Shown: piece by piece, positions 43,242 through 57,900 of the stretch
How positions within the stretch are numbered: position 1 is the stretch's first letter
Layout: every line of letters starts with the position of its first letter
NCBI RefSeq assembly: GCF_009914755.1
Contig: NC_060939.1
Length of the DNA stretch: 64,000 bases
Direction: 5' to 3' (one strand)
From: the human T2T-CHM13v2.0 reference genome, Homo sapiens
Program-made: the position numbers and the translations under genes
Notes under the pieces: generated by a model
Databases searched by the model: none
The model's input: only the letters and a program-made list of their open reading frames with translations
What the model was told of the DNA's origin: nothing

Positions 43242-46200
43242 TTGAGTCCATTCAATTCCATTCCTTTCGTTTCCATTCCATTTGATGCCATTCCATTCAA
43301 TTCTGTTCTACTCGACTCCAATACATTCAATTCCATTCCATCCGATTCCATTACATTCTTTTCATTTCTTATCCATTTCAAGCCATTCCACTCCATTCCA
43401 TTCCACTCGTTTCCTTTCCATTCGAGTCCATTCCTCTCCAGTCCATTCCGTTCAATCCATTCCATTCCAGTCCATTCCATTCGAGTCCGTTCCATTCCAG
43501 TCCATTCCATTCGAGTCAATTCCATCCCATTCGATGTCTTTCCATAACGATCCATTCCATTCTATTCCTTTTGATTCCATTCCATTCTATTTCATTCCAT
43601 TCGATTCCCTTCCATTGGACTCCTTTCCATTCGAGTGCATTCCATTCCGTTCCATTTCTTTCCGTTCTGTGCGATTCCTACCGTTCGATTTCATTTTGTT
43701 CCAGTCCATTCCTTTCGCGTCCATTCCATTCCATTTCACTCCATTCGATTCCATTCCACTCGATTCCACTTCGTTCCATTTCATTGCATTCCATTCTATT
43801 CAACTCTATTGCCTTCCATTCCATTCCATTCGATTACATTCCATGCGATTCCATTCGAAATCGAATCAATTACATTGCAATCCATTACTATTGAGTCCGT
43901 TTTATTCCAGTCCACTGCATTCTGGTCCATTCCATTTGATTCCATTCCATTCTATTCCATTCCATACAGTTGCATTCCATTGGATTCCATGCTATATCTA
44001 TAAATTCAATTCGAGACCATTGCTTTTGAGTCCATTCTATATGATTCCATTCCATTCAAGTCCATTACATTTGGTTCAATTACATTCCATTCCATTCCCT
44101 TCCATTCCATTCCATTTGATATCAATCCATTCGATTCCATTCCATTCGAGCACATTCCATTCCACTCCATTCCATTCGATGCCATTCCATTTGATTCTAT
44201 TCCATTAGTCTCCATTCAATTCCATTAATCTCCATTCCATTCCATTCTACTCCAACTGATTCCATTTCATTCTATTCCTTTCCATTCCATTTCATTCCAT
44301 TCCATTCCATTCGTGTCCATTCCACTCCAGTCCATTCCATTCGTGTCCATTCCATTCCAGTCCATTCCATTTGTGTCCACTGCATTCCATTCCACTCCAT
44401 TCCATATTATTCCATTACACTCCATTCCATTCTATTACTTTCATTTCCATTCAATTCCATTCCATTTGATTCCATTCCACTCGGTTTCATTCCATTTGAG
44501 TCCACTCCATTCCATTCCATTCCATTCCATTCAGTTCCATTCCATTCTGTTCCATTCCATTCCGTTCCATTACATTCCATTCCATTCGGTACCATTCCAT
44601 ATTGTTCCATTCGATTCCATTCGAATCCATTCCATTCCAGTCCATTCCATTCGATTCCATTCCATTCATTTCAATTCCATTCCATTCCATTCCATTACAT
44701 TCCACTTGATTCCTCTCCATTCCCTTCCACTGCATTCCGTTCGATTCCATTCCATTGCATTGCATTCCATTCCATTGGATTGCATTCCATTCCATTCCAT
44801 TCCATTCGAATCAATTACATAGCAATCCATTACATTCGAGTCTATTCTCTTCCGATCCATTCGATTTCGTTCCAATCCATTCGATTCCATTCCATTCGAT
44901 TCCATTCCATACTATTGCATTCCATTCGATTACATTATATTCGAATAAGTTCCATTCAAGACCATTTCTTTTGAGTCCATTCTATTTGAGTCCATTCCCT
45001 TTGATTCCATAACATTTGAGTCCATTCAATTCCATTCCTTTCGTTTCCATTCCATTTGATGCCATTCCATTCAATTCTGTTCTACTCGACTCCAATACAT
45101 TCAATTCCATTCCATCCGATTCCATTACATTCTTTTCATTTCTTATCCATTTCAAGCCATTCCACTCCATTCCATTCCACTCGTTTCCTTTCCATTCGAG
45201 TCCATTCCTCTCCAGTCCATTCCGTTCAATCCATTCCATTCCAGTCCATTCCATTCGAGTCCGTTCCATTCCAGTCCATTCCATTCGAGTCAATTCCATT
45301 CCATTCGATGTCTTTCCATAACGATCCATTCCATTCTATTCCTTTCGATTCCATTCCATTCTATTTCATTCCATTCGATTCCCTTCCATTGGACTCCTTT
45401 CCATTCGATTGCATTCCATTCCGTTCCATTTCTTTCCGTTCTGTACGATTCCTACCGTTCGATTTCATTTTGTTCCAGTCCATTCCTTTCGCGTCCATTC
45501 CATTCCATTTCACTCCATTCGATTCCATTCCACTCGATTCCACTTCGTTCCATTTCATTGCATTCCATTCTATTCAACTCTATTGCCTTCCATTCCATTC
45601 CATTCGATTACATTCCATGCGATTCCATTCGAAATCGAATCAATTACATTGCAATCCATTACTATTGAGTCCGTTTTATTCCAGTCCACTGCATTCTGGT
45701 CCATTCCATTTGATTCCATTCCATTCTATTCCATTCCATACAGTTGCATTCCATTGGATTCCATGCTATATCTATAAATTCAATTCGAGACCATTGCTTT
45801 TGAGTCCATTCTATATGATTCCATTCCATTCAAGTCCATTACATTTGGTTCAATTCCATTCCATTCCATTCCGTTCCATTCCATTCCATTTGATATCAAT
45901 CCATTCGATTCCATTCCATTCGAGCACATTCCATTCGAGTCCATTCCATTCGATGCCATTCCATTTGATTCTATTCCATTAGTCTCCATTCAATTCCATT
46001 AATCTCCATTCCATTCCATTCTACTCCAACTGATTCCATTCCATTCTATTCCTTTCCATTCCATTTCATTCCATTCCATTCCATTCGTGTCCATTCCACT
46101 CCAGTCCATTCCATTCGTGTCCATTCCATTCCAGTCCATTCCATTTGTGTCCACTGCATTCCATTCCACTCCATTCCATATTATTCCATTACACTCCATT

Positions 46201-49200
46201 CCATTCTATTACTTTCATTTCCATTCAATTCCATTCCATTTGATTCCATTCCACTCGGTTTCATTCCATTTGAGTCCACTCCATTCCATTCCATTCCATT
46301 CCATTCAGTTCCATTCCATTCTGTTCCATTCCATTCCGTTCCATTACATTCCATTCCATTCGGTACCATTCCATATTGTTCCATTCGATTCCATTCGAAT
46401 CCATTCCATTCCAGTCCATTCCATTCGATTCCATTCCATTCATTTCAATTCCATTCCATTCCATTCCATTACATTCCACTTGATTCCTCTCCATTCCCTT
46501 CCACTGCATTCCGTTCGATTCCATTCCATTGCATTGCATTCCATTCCATTGGATTGCATTCCTTTCGATTCCATTCCATTCGAATCAATTACATAGCAAT
46601 CCATTACATTCGAGTCTATTCTATTCCGTTCCATTCGATTTCGTTCCAATCCATTCGATTCCATTCCATTCGATTCCATTCCATACTATTGCATTCCATT
46701 CGATTACATTATATTCGAATAAGTTCCATTCAAGACCATTTCTTTTGAGTCCATTCTATTTGAGTCCATTCCCTTTGATTCCATAACATTTGAGTCCATT
46801 CAATTCCATTCCTTTCGTTTCCATTCCATTTGATGCCATTCCATTCAATTCTGTTCTACTCGACTCCAATACATTCAATTCCATTCCATCCGATTCCATT
46901 ACATTCTTTTCATTTCTTATCCATTTCAAGCCATTCCACTCCATTCCATTCCACTCGTTTCCTTTCCATTCGAGTCCATTCCTCTCCAGTCCATTCCGTT
47001 CAATCCATTCCATTCCAGTCCATTCCATTCGAGTCCGTTCCATTCCAGTCCATTCCATTCGAGTCAATTCCATCCCATTCGATGTCTTTCCATAACGATC
47101 CATTCCATTCTATTCCTTTTGATTCCATTCCATTCTATTTCATTCCATTCGATTCCCTTCCATTGGACTCCTTTCCATTCGAGTGCATTCCATTCCGTTC
47201 CATTTCTTTCCGTTCTGTACGATTCCTACCGTTCGATTTCATTTTGTTCCAGTCCATTCCTTTCGCGTCCATTCCATTCCATTTCACTCCATTCGATTCC
47301 ATTCCACTCGATTCCACTTCGTTCCATTTCATTGCATTCCATTCTATTCAACTCTATTGCCTTCCATTCCATTCCATTCGATTACATTCCATGCGATTCC
47401 ATTCGAAATCGAATCAATTACATTGCAATCCATTACTATTGAGTCCGTTTTATTCCAGTCCACTGCATTCTGGTCCATTCCATTTGATTCCATTCCATTC
47501 TATTCCATTCCATACAGTTGCATTCCATTGGATTCCATGCTATATCTATAAATTCAATTCGAGACCATTGCTTTTGAGTCCATTCTATATGATTCCATTC
47601 CATTCAAGTCCATTACATTTGGTTCAATTCCATTCCATTCCATTCCGTTCCATTCCATTCCATTTGATATCAATCCATTCGATTCCATTCCATTCGAGCA
47701 CATTCCATTCGAGTCCATTCCATTCGATGCCATTCCATTTGATTCTATTCCATTAGTCTCCATTCAATTCCATTAATCTCCATTCCATTCCATTCTACTC
47801 CAACTGATTCCATTCCATTCTATTCCTTTCCATTCCATTTCATTCCATTCCATTCCATTCGTGTCCATTCCACTCCAGTCCATTCCATTCGTGTCCATTC
47901 CATTCCAGTCCATTCCATTTGTGTCCACTGCATTCCATTCCACTCCATTCCATATTATTCCATTACACTCCATTCCATTCTATTACTTTCATTTCCATTC
48001 AATTCCATTCCATTTGATTCCATTCCACTCGGTTTCATTCCATTTGAGTCCACTCCATTCCATTCCATTCCATTCCATTCAGTTCCATTCCATTCTGTTC
48101 CATTCCATTCCGTTCCATTACATTCCATTCCATTCGGTACCATTCCATATTGTTCCATTCGATTCCATTCGAATCCATTCCATTCCAGTCCATTCCATTC
48201 GATTCCATTCCATTCATTTCAATTCCATTCCATTCCATTCCATTACATTCCACTTGATTCCTCTCCATTCCCTTCCACTGCATTCCGTTCGATTCCATTC
48301 CATTGCATTGCATTCCATTCCATTGGATTGCATTCCTTTCGATTCCATTCCATTCGAATCAATTACATAGCAATCCATTACATTCGAGTCTATTCTCTTC
48401 CGTTCCATTCGATTTCGTTCCAATCCATTCGATTCCATTCCATTCGATTCCATTCCATACTATTGCATTCCATTCGATTACATTATATTCGAATAAGTTC
48501 CATTCAAGACCATTTCTTTTGAGTCCATTCTATTTGAGTCCATTCCCTTTGATTCCATAACATTTGAGTCCATTCAATTCCATTCCTTTCGTTTCCATTC
48601 CATTTGATGCCATTCCATTCAATTCTGTTCTACTCGACTCCAATACATTCAATTCCATTCCATCCGATTCCATTACATTCTTTTCATTTCTTATCCATTT
48701 CAAGCCATTCCACTCCATTCCATTCCACTCGTTTCCTTTCCATTCGAGTCCATTCCTCTCCAGTCCATTCCGTTCAATCCATTCCATTCCAGTCCATTCC
48801 ATTCGAGTCCGTTCCATTCCAGTCCATTCCATTCGAGTCAATTCCATCCCATTCGATGTCTTTCCATAACGATCCATTCCATTCTATTCCTTTTGATTCC
48901 ATTCCATTCTATTTCATTCCATTCGATTCCCTTCCATTGGACTCCTTTCCATTCGAGTGCATTCCATTCCGTTCCATTTCTTTCCGTTCTGTACGATTCC
49001 TACCGTTCGATTTCATTTTGTTCCAGTCCATTCCTTTCGCGTCCATTCCATTCCATTTCACTCCATTCGATTCCATTCCACTCGATTCCACTTCGTTCCA
49101 TTTCATTGCATTCCATTCTATTCAACTCTATTGCCTTCCATTCCATTCCATTCGATTACATTCCATGCGATTCCATTCGAAATCGAATCAATTACATTGC

Positions 49201-52200
49201 AATCCATTACTATTGAGTCCGTTTTATTCCAGTCCACTGCATTCTGGTCCATTCCATTTGATTCCATTCCATTCTATTCCATTCCATACAGTTGCATTCC
49301 ATTGGATTCCATGCTATATCTATAAATTCAATTCGAGACCATTGCTTTTGAGTCCATTCTATATGATTCCATTCCATTCAAGTCCATTACATTTGGTTCA
49401 ATTCCATTCCATTCCATTCCCTTCCATTCCATTCCTTTTGATATCAATCCATTCGATTCCATTCCATTCGAGCACATTCCATTCCACTCCATTCCATTCG
49501 ATGCCATTCCATTTGATTCTATTCCATTAGTCTCCATTCAATTCCATTAATCTCCATTCCATTCCATTCTACTCCAACTGATTCCATTTCATTCTATTCC
49601 TTTCCATTCCATTTCATTCCATTCCATTCCATTCGTGTCCATTCCACTCCAGTCCATTCCATTCGTGTCCATTCCATTCCAGTCCATTCCATTTGTGTCC
49701 ACTGCATTCCATTCCACTCCATTCCATATTATTCCATTACACTCCATTCCATTCTATTACTTTCATTTCCATTCAATTCCATTCCATTTGATTCCATTCC
49801 ACTCGGTTTCATTCCATTTGAGTCCACTCCATTCCATTCCATTCCATTCCATTCAGTTCCATTCCATTCTGTTCCATTCCATTCCGTTCCATTACATTCC
49901 ATTCCATTCGGTACCATTCCATATTGTTCCATTCGATTCCATTCGAATCCATTCCATTCCAGTCCATTCCATTCGATTCCATTCCATTCATTTCAATTCC
50001 ATTCCATTCCATTCCATTCCATTCCACTTGATCCCTCTCCATTCCCTTCCACTGCATTCCGTTCGATTCCATTCCATTGCATTGCATTCCATTCCATTGG
50101 ATTGCATTCCATTCCATTCCATTCGAATCAATTACATAGCAATCCATTACATTCGAGTCTATTCTATTCCGTTCCATTCGATTTCGTTCCAATCCATTCG
50201 ATTCCATTCCATTCGATTCCATTCCATACTATTGCATTCCATTCGATTACATTATATTCGAATAAGTTCCATTCAAGACCATTTCTTTTGAGTCCATTCT
50301 ATTTGAGTCCATTCCCTTTGATTCCATAACATTTGAGTCCATTCAATTCCATTCCTTTCGTTTCCATTCCATTTGATGCCATTCCATTCAATTCTGTTCT
50401 ACTCGACTCCAATACATTCAATTCCATTCCATCCGATTCCATTACATTCTTTTCATTTCTTATCCATTTCAAGCCATTCCACTCCATTCCATTCCACTCG
50501 TTTCCTTTCCATTCGAGTCCATTCCTCTCCAGTCCATTCCGTTCAATCCATTCCATTCCAGTCCATTCCATTCGAGTCCGTTCCATTCCAGTCCATTCCA
50601 TTCGAGTCAATTCCATTCCATTCGATGTCTTTCCATAACGATCCATTCCATTCTATTCCTTTCGATTCCATTCCATTCTATTTCATTCCATTCGATTCCC
50701 TTCCATTGGACTCCTTTCCATTCGAGTGCATTCCATTCCTTTCCATTTCTTTCCGTTCTGTACGATTCCTACCGTTCGATTTCATTTTGTTCCAGTCCAT
50801 TCCTTTCGCGTCCATTCCATTCCATTTCACTACATTCGATTCCATTCCATTCGATTCCATTCTACTCGATTCCACTTCGTTCCATTTCATTGCATTCCAT
50901 TCTATTCAACTCTATTGCCTTCCATTCCATTCCATTCGATTACATTCCATGCGATTCCATTCGAAATCGAATCAATTACATTGCAATCCTTTACTATTGA
51001 GTCCGTTTTATTCCAGTCCACTGCTTTCTGGTCCATTCCATTTGATTCCATTCCATTCTATTCCATTCCATACAGTTGCATTCCATTGGATTCCATGCTA
51101 TATCTATAAATTCAATTCGAGACCATTGCTTTTGAGTCCATTCTATATGATTCCATTCCATTCAAGTCCATTACATTTGGTTCAATTCCATTCCATTCCA
51201 TTCCCTTCCATTACATTCCATTTGATATCAATCCATTCGATTCCATTCCATTCGAGCACATTCCATTCGAGTCCATTCCATTCGATGCCATTCCATTTGA
51301 TTCTATTCCATTAGTCTCCATTCAATTCCATTAATCTCCATTCCATTCCATTCTACTCCAACTGATTCCATTCCATTCTATTCCTTTCCATTCCATTTCA
51401 TTCCATTCCATTCCATTTCATTCCATTCCATTCCATTCGTGTCCATTCCACTCCAGTCTATTCCATTCGTGTCCATTCCATTCCAGTCCATTCCATTTGT
51501 GTCCACTGCATTCCATTCCACTCCATTCCATATTATTCCATTACACTCCATTCCATTCTATTACTTTCATTTCCATTCAATTCCATTCCATTTGATTCCA
51601 TTCCACTCGGTTTCATTCCATTTGAGTCCACTCCATTCCATTCCATTCCATTCCATTCAGTTCCATTCCATTCTGTTCCATTCCATTCCGTTCCATTACA
51701 TTCCATTCCATTCGGTACCATTCCATATTGTTCCATTCGATTCCATTCGAATCCATTCCATTCCAGTCCATTCCATTCGATTCCATTCCATTCATTTCAA
51801 TTCCATTCCATTCCATTCCATTACATTCCACTTGATTCCTCTCCATTCCCTTCCACTGCATTCCGTTCGATTCCATTCCATTGCATTGCATTCCATTCCA
51901 TTGGATTGCATTCCTTTCGATTCCATTCCATTCGAATCAATTACATAGCTATCCATTACATTCGAGTCTATTCTCTTCCGTTCCATTCGATTTCGTTCCA
52001 ATCCATTCGATTCCATTCCATTCGATTCCATTCCATACTATTGCATTCCATTCGATTACATTATATTCGAATAAGTTCCATTCAAGACCATTTCTTTTGA
52101 GTCCATTCTATTTGAGTCCATTCCCTTTGATTCCATAACATTTGAGTCCATTCAATTCCATTCCTTTCGTTTCCATTCCATTTGATGCCATTCCATTCAA

Positions 52201-54900
52201 TTCTGTTCTACTCGACTCCAATACATTCAATTCCATTCCATCCGATTCCATTACATTCTTTTCATTTCTTATCCATTTCAAGCCATTCCACTCCATTCCA
52301 TTCCACTCGTTTCCTTTCCATTCGAGTCCATTCCTCTCCAGTCCATTCCGTTCAATCCATTCCATTCCAGTCCATTCCATTCGAGTCCGTTCCATTCCAG
52401 TCCATTCCATTCGAGTCAATTCCATCCCATTCGATGTCTTTCCATAACGATCCATTCCATTCTATTCCTTTTGATTCCATTCCATTCTATTTCATTCCAT
52501 TCGATTCCCTTCCATTGGACTCCTTTCCATTCGAGTGCATTCCATTCCGTTCCATTTCTTTCCGTTCTGTACGATTCCTACCGTTCGATTTCATTTTGTT
52601 CCAGTCCATTCCTTTCGCGTCCATTCCATTCCATTTCACTCCATTCGATTCCATTCCACTCGATTCCACTTCGTTCCATTTCATTGCATTCCATTCTATT
52701 CAACTCTATTGCCTTCCATTCCATTCCATTCGATTACATTCCATGCGATTCCATTCGAAATCGAATCAATTACATTGCAATCCATTACTATTGAGTCCGT
52801 TTTATTCCAGTCCACTGCATTCTGGTCCATTCCATTTGATTCCATTCCATTCTATTCCATTCCATACAGTTGCATTCCATTGGATTCCATGCTATATCTA
52901 TAAATTCAATTCGAGACCATTGCTTTTGAGTCCATTCTATATGATTCCATTCCATTCAAGTCCATTACATTTGGTTCAATTACATTCCATTCCATTCCCT
53001 TCCATTCCATTCCATTTGATATCAATCCATTCGATTCCATTCCATTCGAGCACATTCCATTCCACTCCATTCCATTCGATGCCATTCCATTTGATTCTAT
53101 TCCATTAGTCTCCATTCAATTCCATTAATCTCCATTCCATTCCATTCTACTCCAACTGATTCCATTTCATTCTATTCCTTTCCATTCCATTTCATTCCAT
53201 TCCATTCCATTCGTGTCCATTCCACTCCAGTCCATTCCATTCGTGTCCATTCCATTCCAGTCCATTCCATTTGTGTCCACTGCATTCCATTCCACTCCAT
53301 TCCATATTATTCCATTACACTCCATTCCATTCTATTACTTTCATTTCCATTCAATTCCATTCCATTTGATTCCATTCCACTCGGTTTCATTCCATTTGAG
53401 TCCACTCCATTCCATTCCATTCCATTCCATTCAGTTCCATTCCATTCTGTTCCATTCCATTCCGTTCCATTACATTCCATTCCATTCGGTACCATTCCGT
53501 ATTGTTCCATTCGATTCCATTCGAATCCATTCCATTCCAGTCCATTCCATTCGATTCCATTCCATTCATTTCAATTCCATTCCATTCCATTCCATTCCAT
53601 TCCACTTGATTCCTCTCCATTCCCTTCCACTGCATTCCGTTCGATTCCATTCCATTGCATTGCATTCCATTCCATTGGATTGCATTCCATTCCATTCCAT
53701 TCCATTCGAATCAATTACATAGCAATCCATTACATTCGAGTCTATTCTATTCCGTTCCATTCGATTTCGTTCCAATCCATTCGATTCCATTCCATTCGAT
53801 TCCATTCCATACTATTGCATTCCATTCGATTAGATTATATTCGAATAAGTTCCATTCAAGACCATTTCTTTTGAGTCCATTCTATTTGAGTCCATTCCCT
53901 TTGATTCCATAACATTTGAGTCCATTCAATTCCATTCCTTTCGTTTCCATTCCATTTGATGCCATTCCATTCAATTCTGTTCTACTCGACTCCAATACAT
54001 TCAATTCCATTCCATCCGATTCCATTACATTCTTTTCATTTCTTATCCATTTCAAGCCATTCCACTCCATTCCATTCCACTCGTTTCCTTTCCATTCGAG
54101 TCCATTCCTCTCCAGTCCATTCCGTTCAATCCATTCCATTCCAGTCCATTCCATTCGAGTCCGTTCCATTCCAGTCCATTCCATTCGAGTCAATTCCATT
54201 CCATTCGATGTCTTTCCATAACGATCCATTCCATTCTATTCCTTTCGATTCCATTCCATTCTATTTCATTCCATTCGATTCCCTTCCATTGGACTCCTTT
54301 CCATTCGATTGCATTCCATTCCGTTCCATTTCTTTCCGTTCTGTACGATTCCTACCGTTCGATTTCATTTTGTTCCAGTCCATTCCTTTCGCGTCCATTC
54401 CATTCCATTTCACTCCATTCGATTCCATTCCACTCGATTCCACTTCGTTCCATTTCATTGCATTCCATTCTATTCAACTCTATTGCCTTCCATTCCATTC
54501 CATTCGATTACATTCCATGCGATTCCATTCGAAATCGAATCAATTACATTGCAATCCATTACTATTGAGTCCGTTTTATTCCAGTCCACTGCATTCTGGT
54601 CCATTCCATTTGATTCCATTCCATTCTATTCCATTCCATACAGTTGCATTCCATTGGATTCCATGCTATATCTATAAATTCAATTCGAGACCATTGCTTT
54701 TGAGTCCATTCTATATGATTCCATTCCATTCAAGTCCATTACATTTGGTTCAATTCCATTCCATTCCATTCCGTTCCATTCCATTCCATTTGATATCAAT
54801 CCATTCGATTCCATTCCATTCGAGCACATTCCATTCGAGTCCATTCCATTCGATGCCATTCCATTTGATTCTATTCGATTAGTCTCCATTCAATTCCATT
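41433..54900 (+). repeat. Partial five-unit periodicity, period 8900 bp
   Basis: Anchors 41433/50333, 43242/52142 and 45016/53916 are each 8900 bp apart. They share the 15-bp insertion, TTCAATTACATTCC (~44076/52976) and CGATTGCATT (~45406/54306). Confidence 0.75.
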
Positions 54901-57900
54901 AATCTCCATTGAATTCCATTCTACTCCAACTGATTCCATTCCATTCTATTCCTTTCCATTCCATTTCATTCCATTCCATTCCATTTCATTCCATTCCATT
55001 CCATTCGTGTCCATTCCACTCCAGTCCATTCCATTCGTGTCCATTCCATTCCAGTCCATTCCATTTGTGTCCACTGCATTCCATTCCACTCCATTCCATA
55101 TTATTCCATTACACTCCATTCCATTTTATTACTTTCATTTCCATTCAATTCCATTCCATTTGATTCCATTCTACTCGGTTTCATTCCATTTGAGTCCACT
55201 CCATTCCATTCCATTCCATTCCATTCAGTTCCATTCCATTCTGTTCCATTCCATTCCGTTCCATTACATTCCATTCCATTCGGTACCATTCCATATTGTT
55301 CCATTCGATTCCATTCGAATCCATTCCATTCCAGTCCATTCCATTCGATTCCATTCCATTCATTTCAATTCCATTCCATTCCATTCCATTACATTCCACT
55401 TGATTCCTCTCCATTCCCTTCCACTGCATTCCGTTCGATTCCATTCCATTGCATTGCATTCCATTCCAATGGATTGCATTCCATTCGATTCCATTCCATT
55501 CGAATCAATTACATAGCAATCCATTACATTCGAGTCTATTCTATTCCGTTCCATTCGATTTCGTTCCAATCCATTCGATTCCATTCCATTCGATTCCATT
55601 CCATACTATTGCATTCCATTCGATTACATTATATTCGAATAAGTTCCATTCAAGACCATTTCTTTTGAGTCCATTCTATTTGAGTCCATTCCCTTTGATT
55701 CCATAACATTTGAGTCCATTCAATTCCATTCCTTTCGTTTCCATTCCATTTGATGCCATTCCATTCAATTCTCTTCTACTCGACTCCAATACATTCAATT
55801 CCATTCCATCCGATTCCATTACATTCTTTTCATTTCTTATCCATTTCAAGCCATTCCACTCCATTCCATTCCACTCGTTTCCTTTCCATTCGAGTCCATT
55901 CCTCTCCAGTCCATTCCGTTCAATCCATTCCATTGCAGTCCATTCCATTCGAGTCCGTTCCATTCCAGTCCATTCTATTCGAGTCAATTCCATTCCATTC
56001 GATGTCTTTCCATAACGATCCATTCCATTCTATTCCTTTCGATTCCATTCCATTCTATTTCATTCCATTCGATTCCCTTCCATTGGACTCCTTTCCATTC
56101 GAGTGCATTCCATTCCTTTCCATTTCTTTCCGTTCTGTACGATTCCTACCGTTCGATTTCATTTTGTTCCAGTCCATTCCTTTCGCGTCCATTCCATTCC
56201 ATTTCACTCCATTCGATTCCATTCCACTCGATTCCACTTCGTTCCATTTCATTGCATTCCATTCTATTCAACTCTATTGCCTTCCATTCCATTCCATTCG
56301 ATTACATTCCATGCGATTCCATTCGAAATCGAATCAATTACATTGCAATCCATTACTATTGAGTCCGTTTTATTCCAGTCCACTGCATTCTGGTCCATTC
56401 CATTTGATTCCATTCCATTCTATTCCATTCCATACAGTTGCATTCCATTGGATTCCATGCTATATCTATAAATTCAATTCGAGACCATTGCTTTTGAGTC
56501 CATTCTATATGATTCCATTCCATTCAAGTCCATTACATTTGGTTCAATTCCATTCCATTCCATTCCCTTCCATTCCATTCCATTTGATATCAATCCATTC
56601 GATTCCATTCCATTCGAGCACATTCCATTCGAGTCCATTCCATTCGATGCCATTCCATTTGATTCTATTCCATTAGTCTCCATTCAATTCCATTAATCTC
56701 CATTCCATTCCATTCTACTCCAACTGATTCCATTCCATTCTATTCCTTTCCATTCCATTTCATTCCATTCCATTCCATTGCATTCCATTCCATTCCATTC
56801 GTGTCCATTCCACTCCAGTCCATTCCATTCGTGTCCATTCCATTCCAGTCCATTCCACTTGTGTCCACTGCATTCCATTCCACTCCATTCCATATTATTC
56901 CATTACACTCCATTCCATTCTATTACTTTCATTTCCATTCAATTCCATTCCATTTGATTCCATTCCACTCGGTTTCATTCCATTTGAGTCCACTCCATTC
57001 CATTCCATTCCATTCCATTCAGTTCCATTCCATTCTGTTCCACTCCATTCCGTTCCATTACATTCCATTCCATTCGGTACCATTCCATATTGTTCCATTC
57101 GATTCCATTCGAATCCATTCCATTCCAGTCCATTCCATTCGATTCCATTCCATTCATTTCAATTCCATTCCATTCCATTCCATTACATTCCACTTGATTC
57201 CTCTCCATTCCCTTCCACTGCATTCCGTTCGATTCCATTCCATTGCATTGCATTCCATTCCATTGGATTGCATTCCTTTCGATTCCATTCCATTCGAATC
57301 AATTACATAGCAATCCATTACATTCGAGTCTATTCTCTTCCGTTCCATTCGATTTCGTTCCAATCCATTCGATTCCATTCCATTCGATTCCATTCCATAC
57401 TATTGCATTCCATTCGATTACATTATATTCGAATAAGTTCCATTCAAGACCATTTCTTTTGAGTCCATTCTATTTGAGTCCATTCCCTTTGATTCCATAA
57501 CATTTGAGTCCATTCAATTCCATTCCTTTCGTTTCCATTCCATTTGATGCCATTCCATTCAATTCTGTTCTACTCGACTCCAATACATTCAATTCCATTC
57601 CATCCGATTCCATTACATTCTTTTCATTTCTTATCCATTTCAAGCCATTCCACTCCATTCCATTCCACTCGTTTCCTTTCCATTCGAGTCCATTCCTCTC
57701 CAGTCCATTCCGTTCAATCCATTCCATTCCAGTCCATTCCATTCGAGTCCGTTCCATTCCAGTCCATTCCATTCGAGTCAATTCCATTCCATTCGATGTC
57801 TTTCCATAACGATCCATTCCATTCTATTCCTTTCGATTCCATTCCATTCTATTTCATTCCATTCGATTCCCTTCCATTGGACTCCTTTCCATTCGATTGC

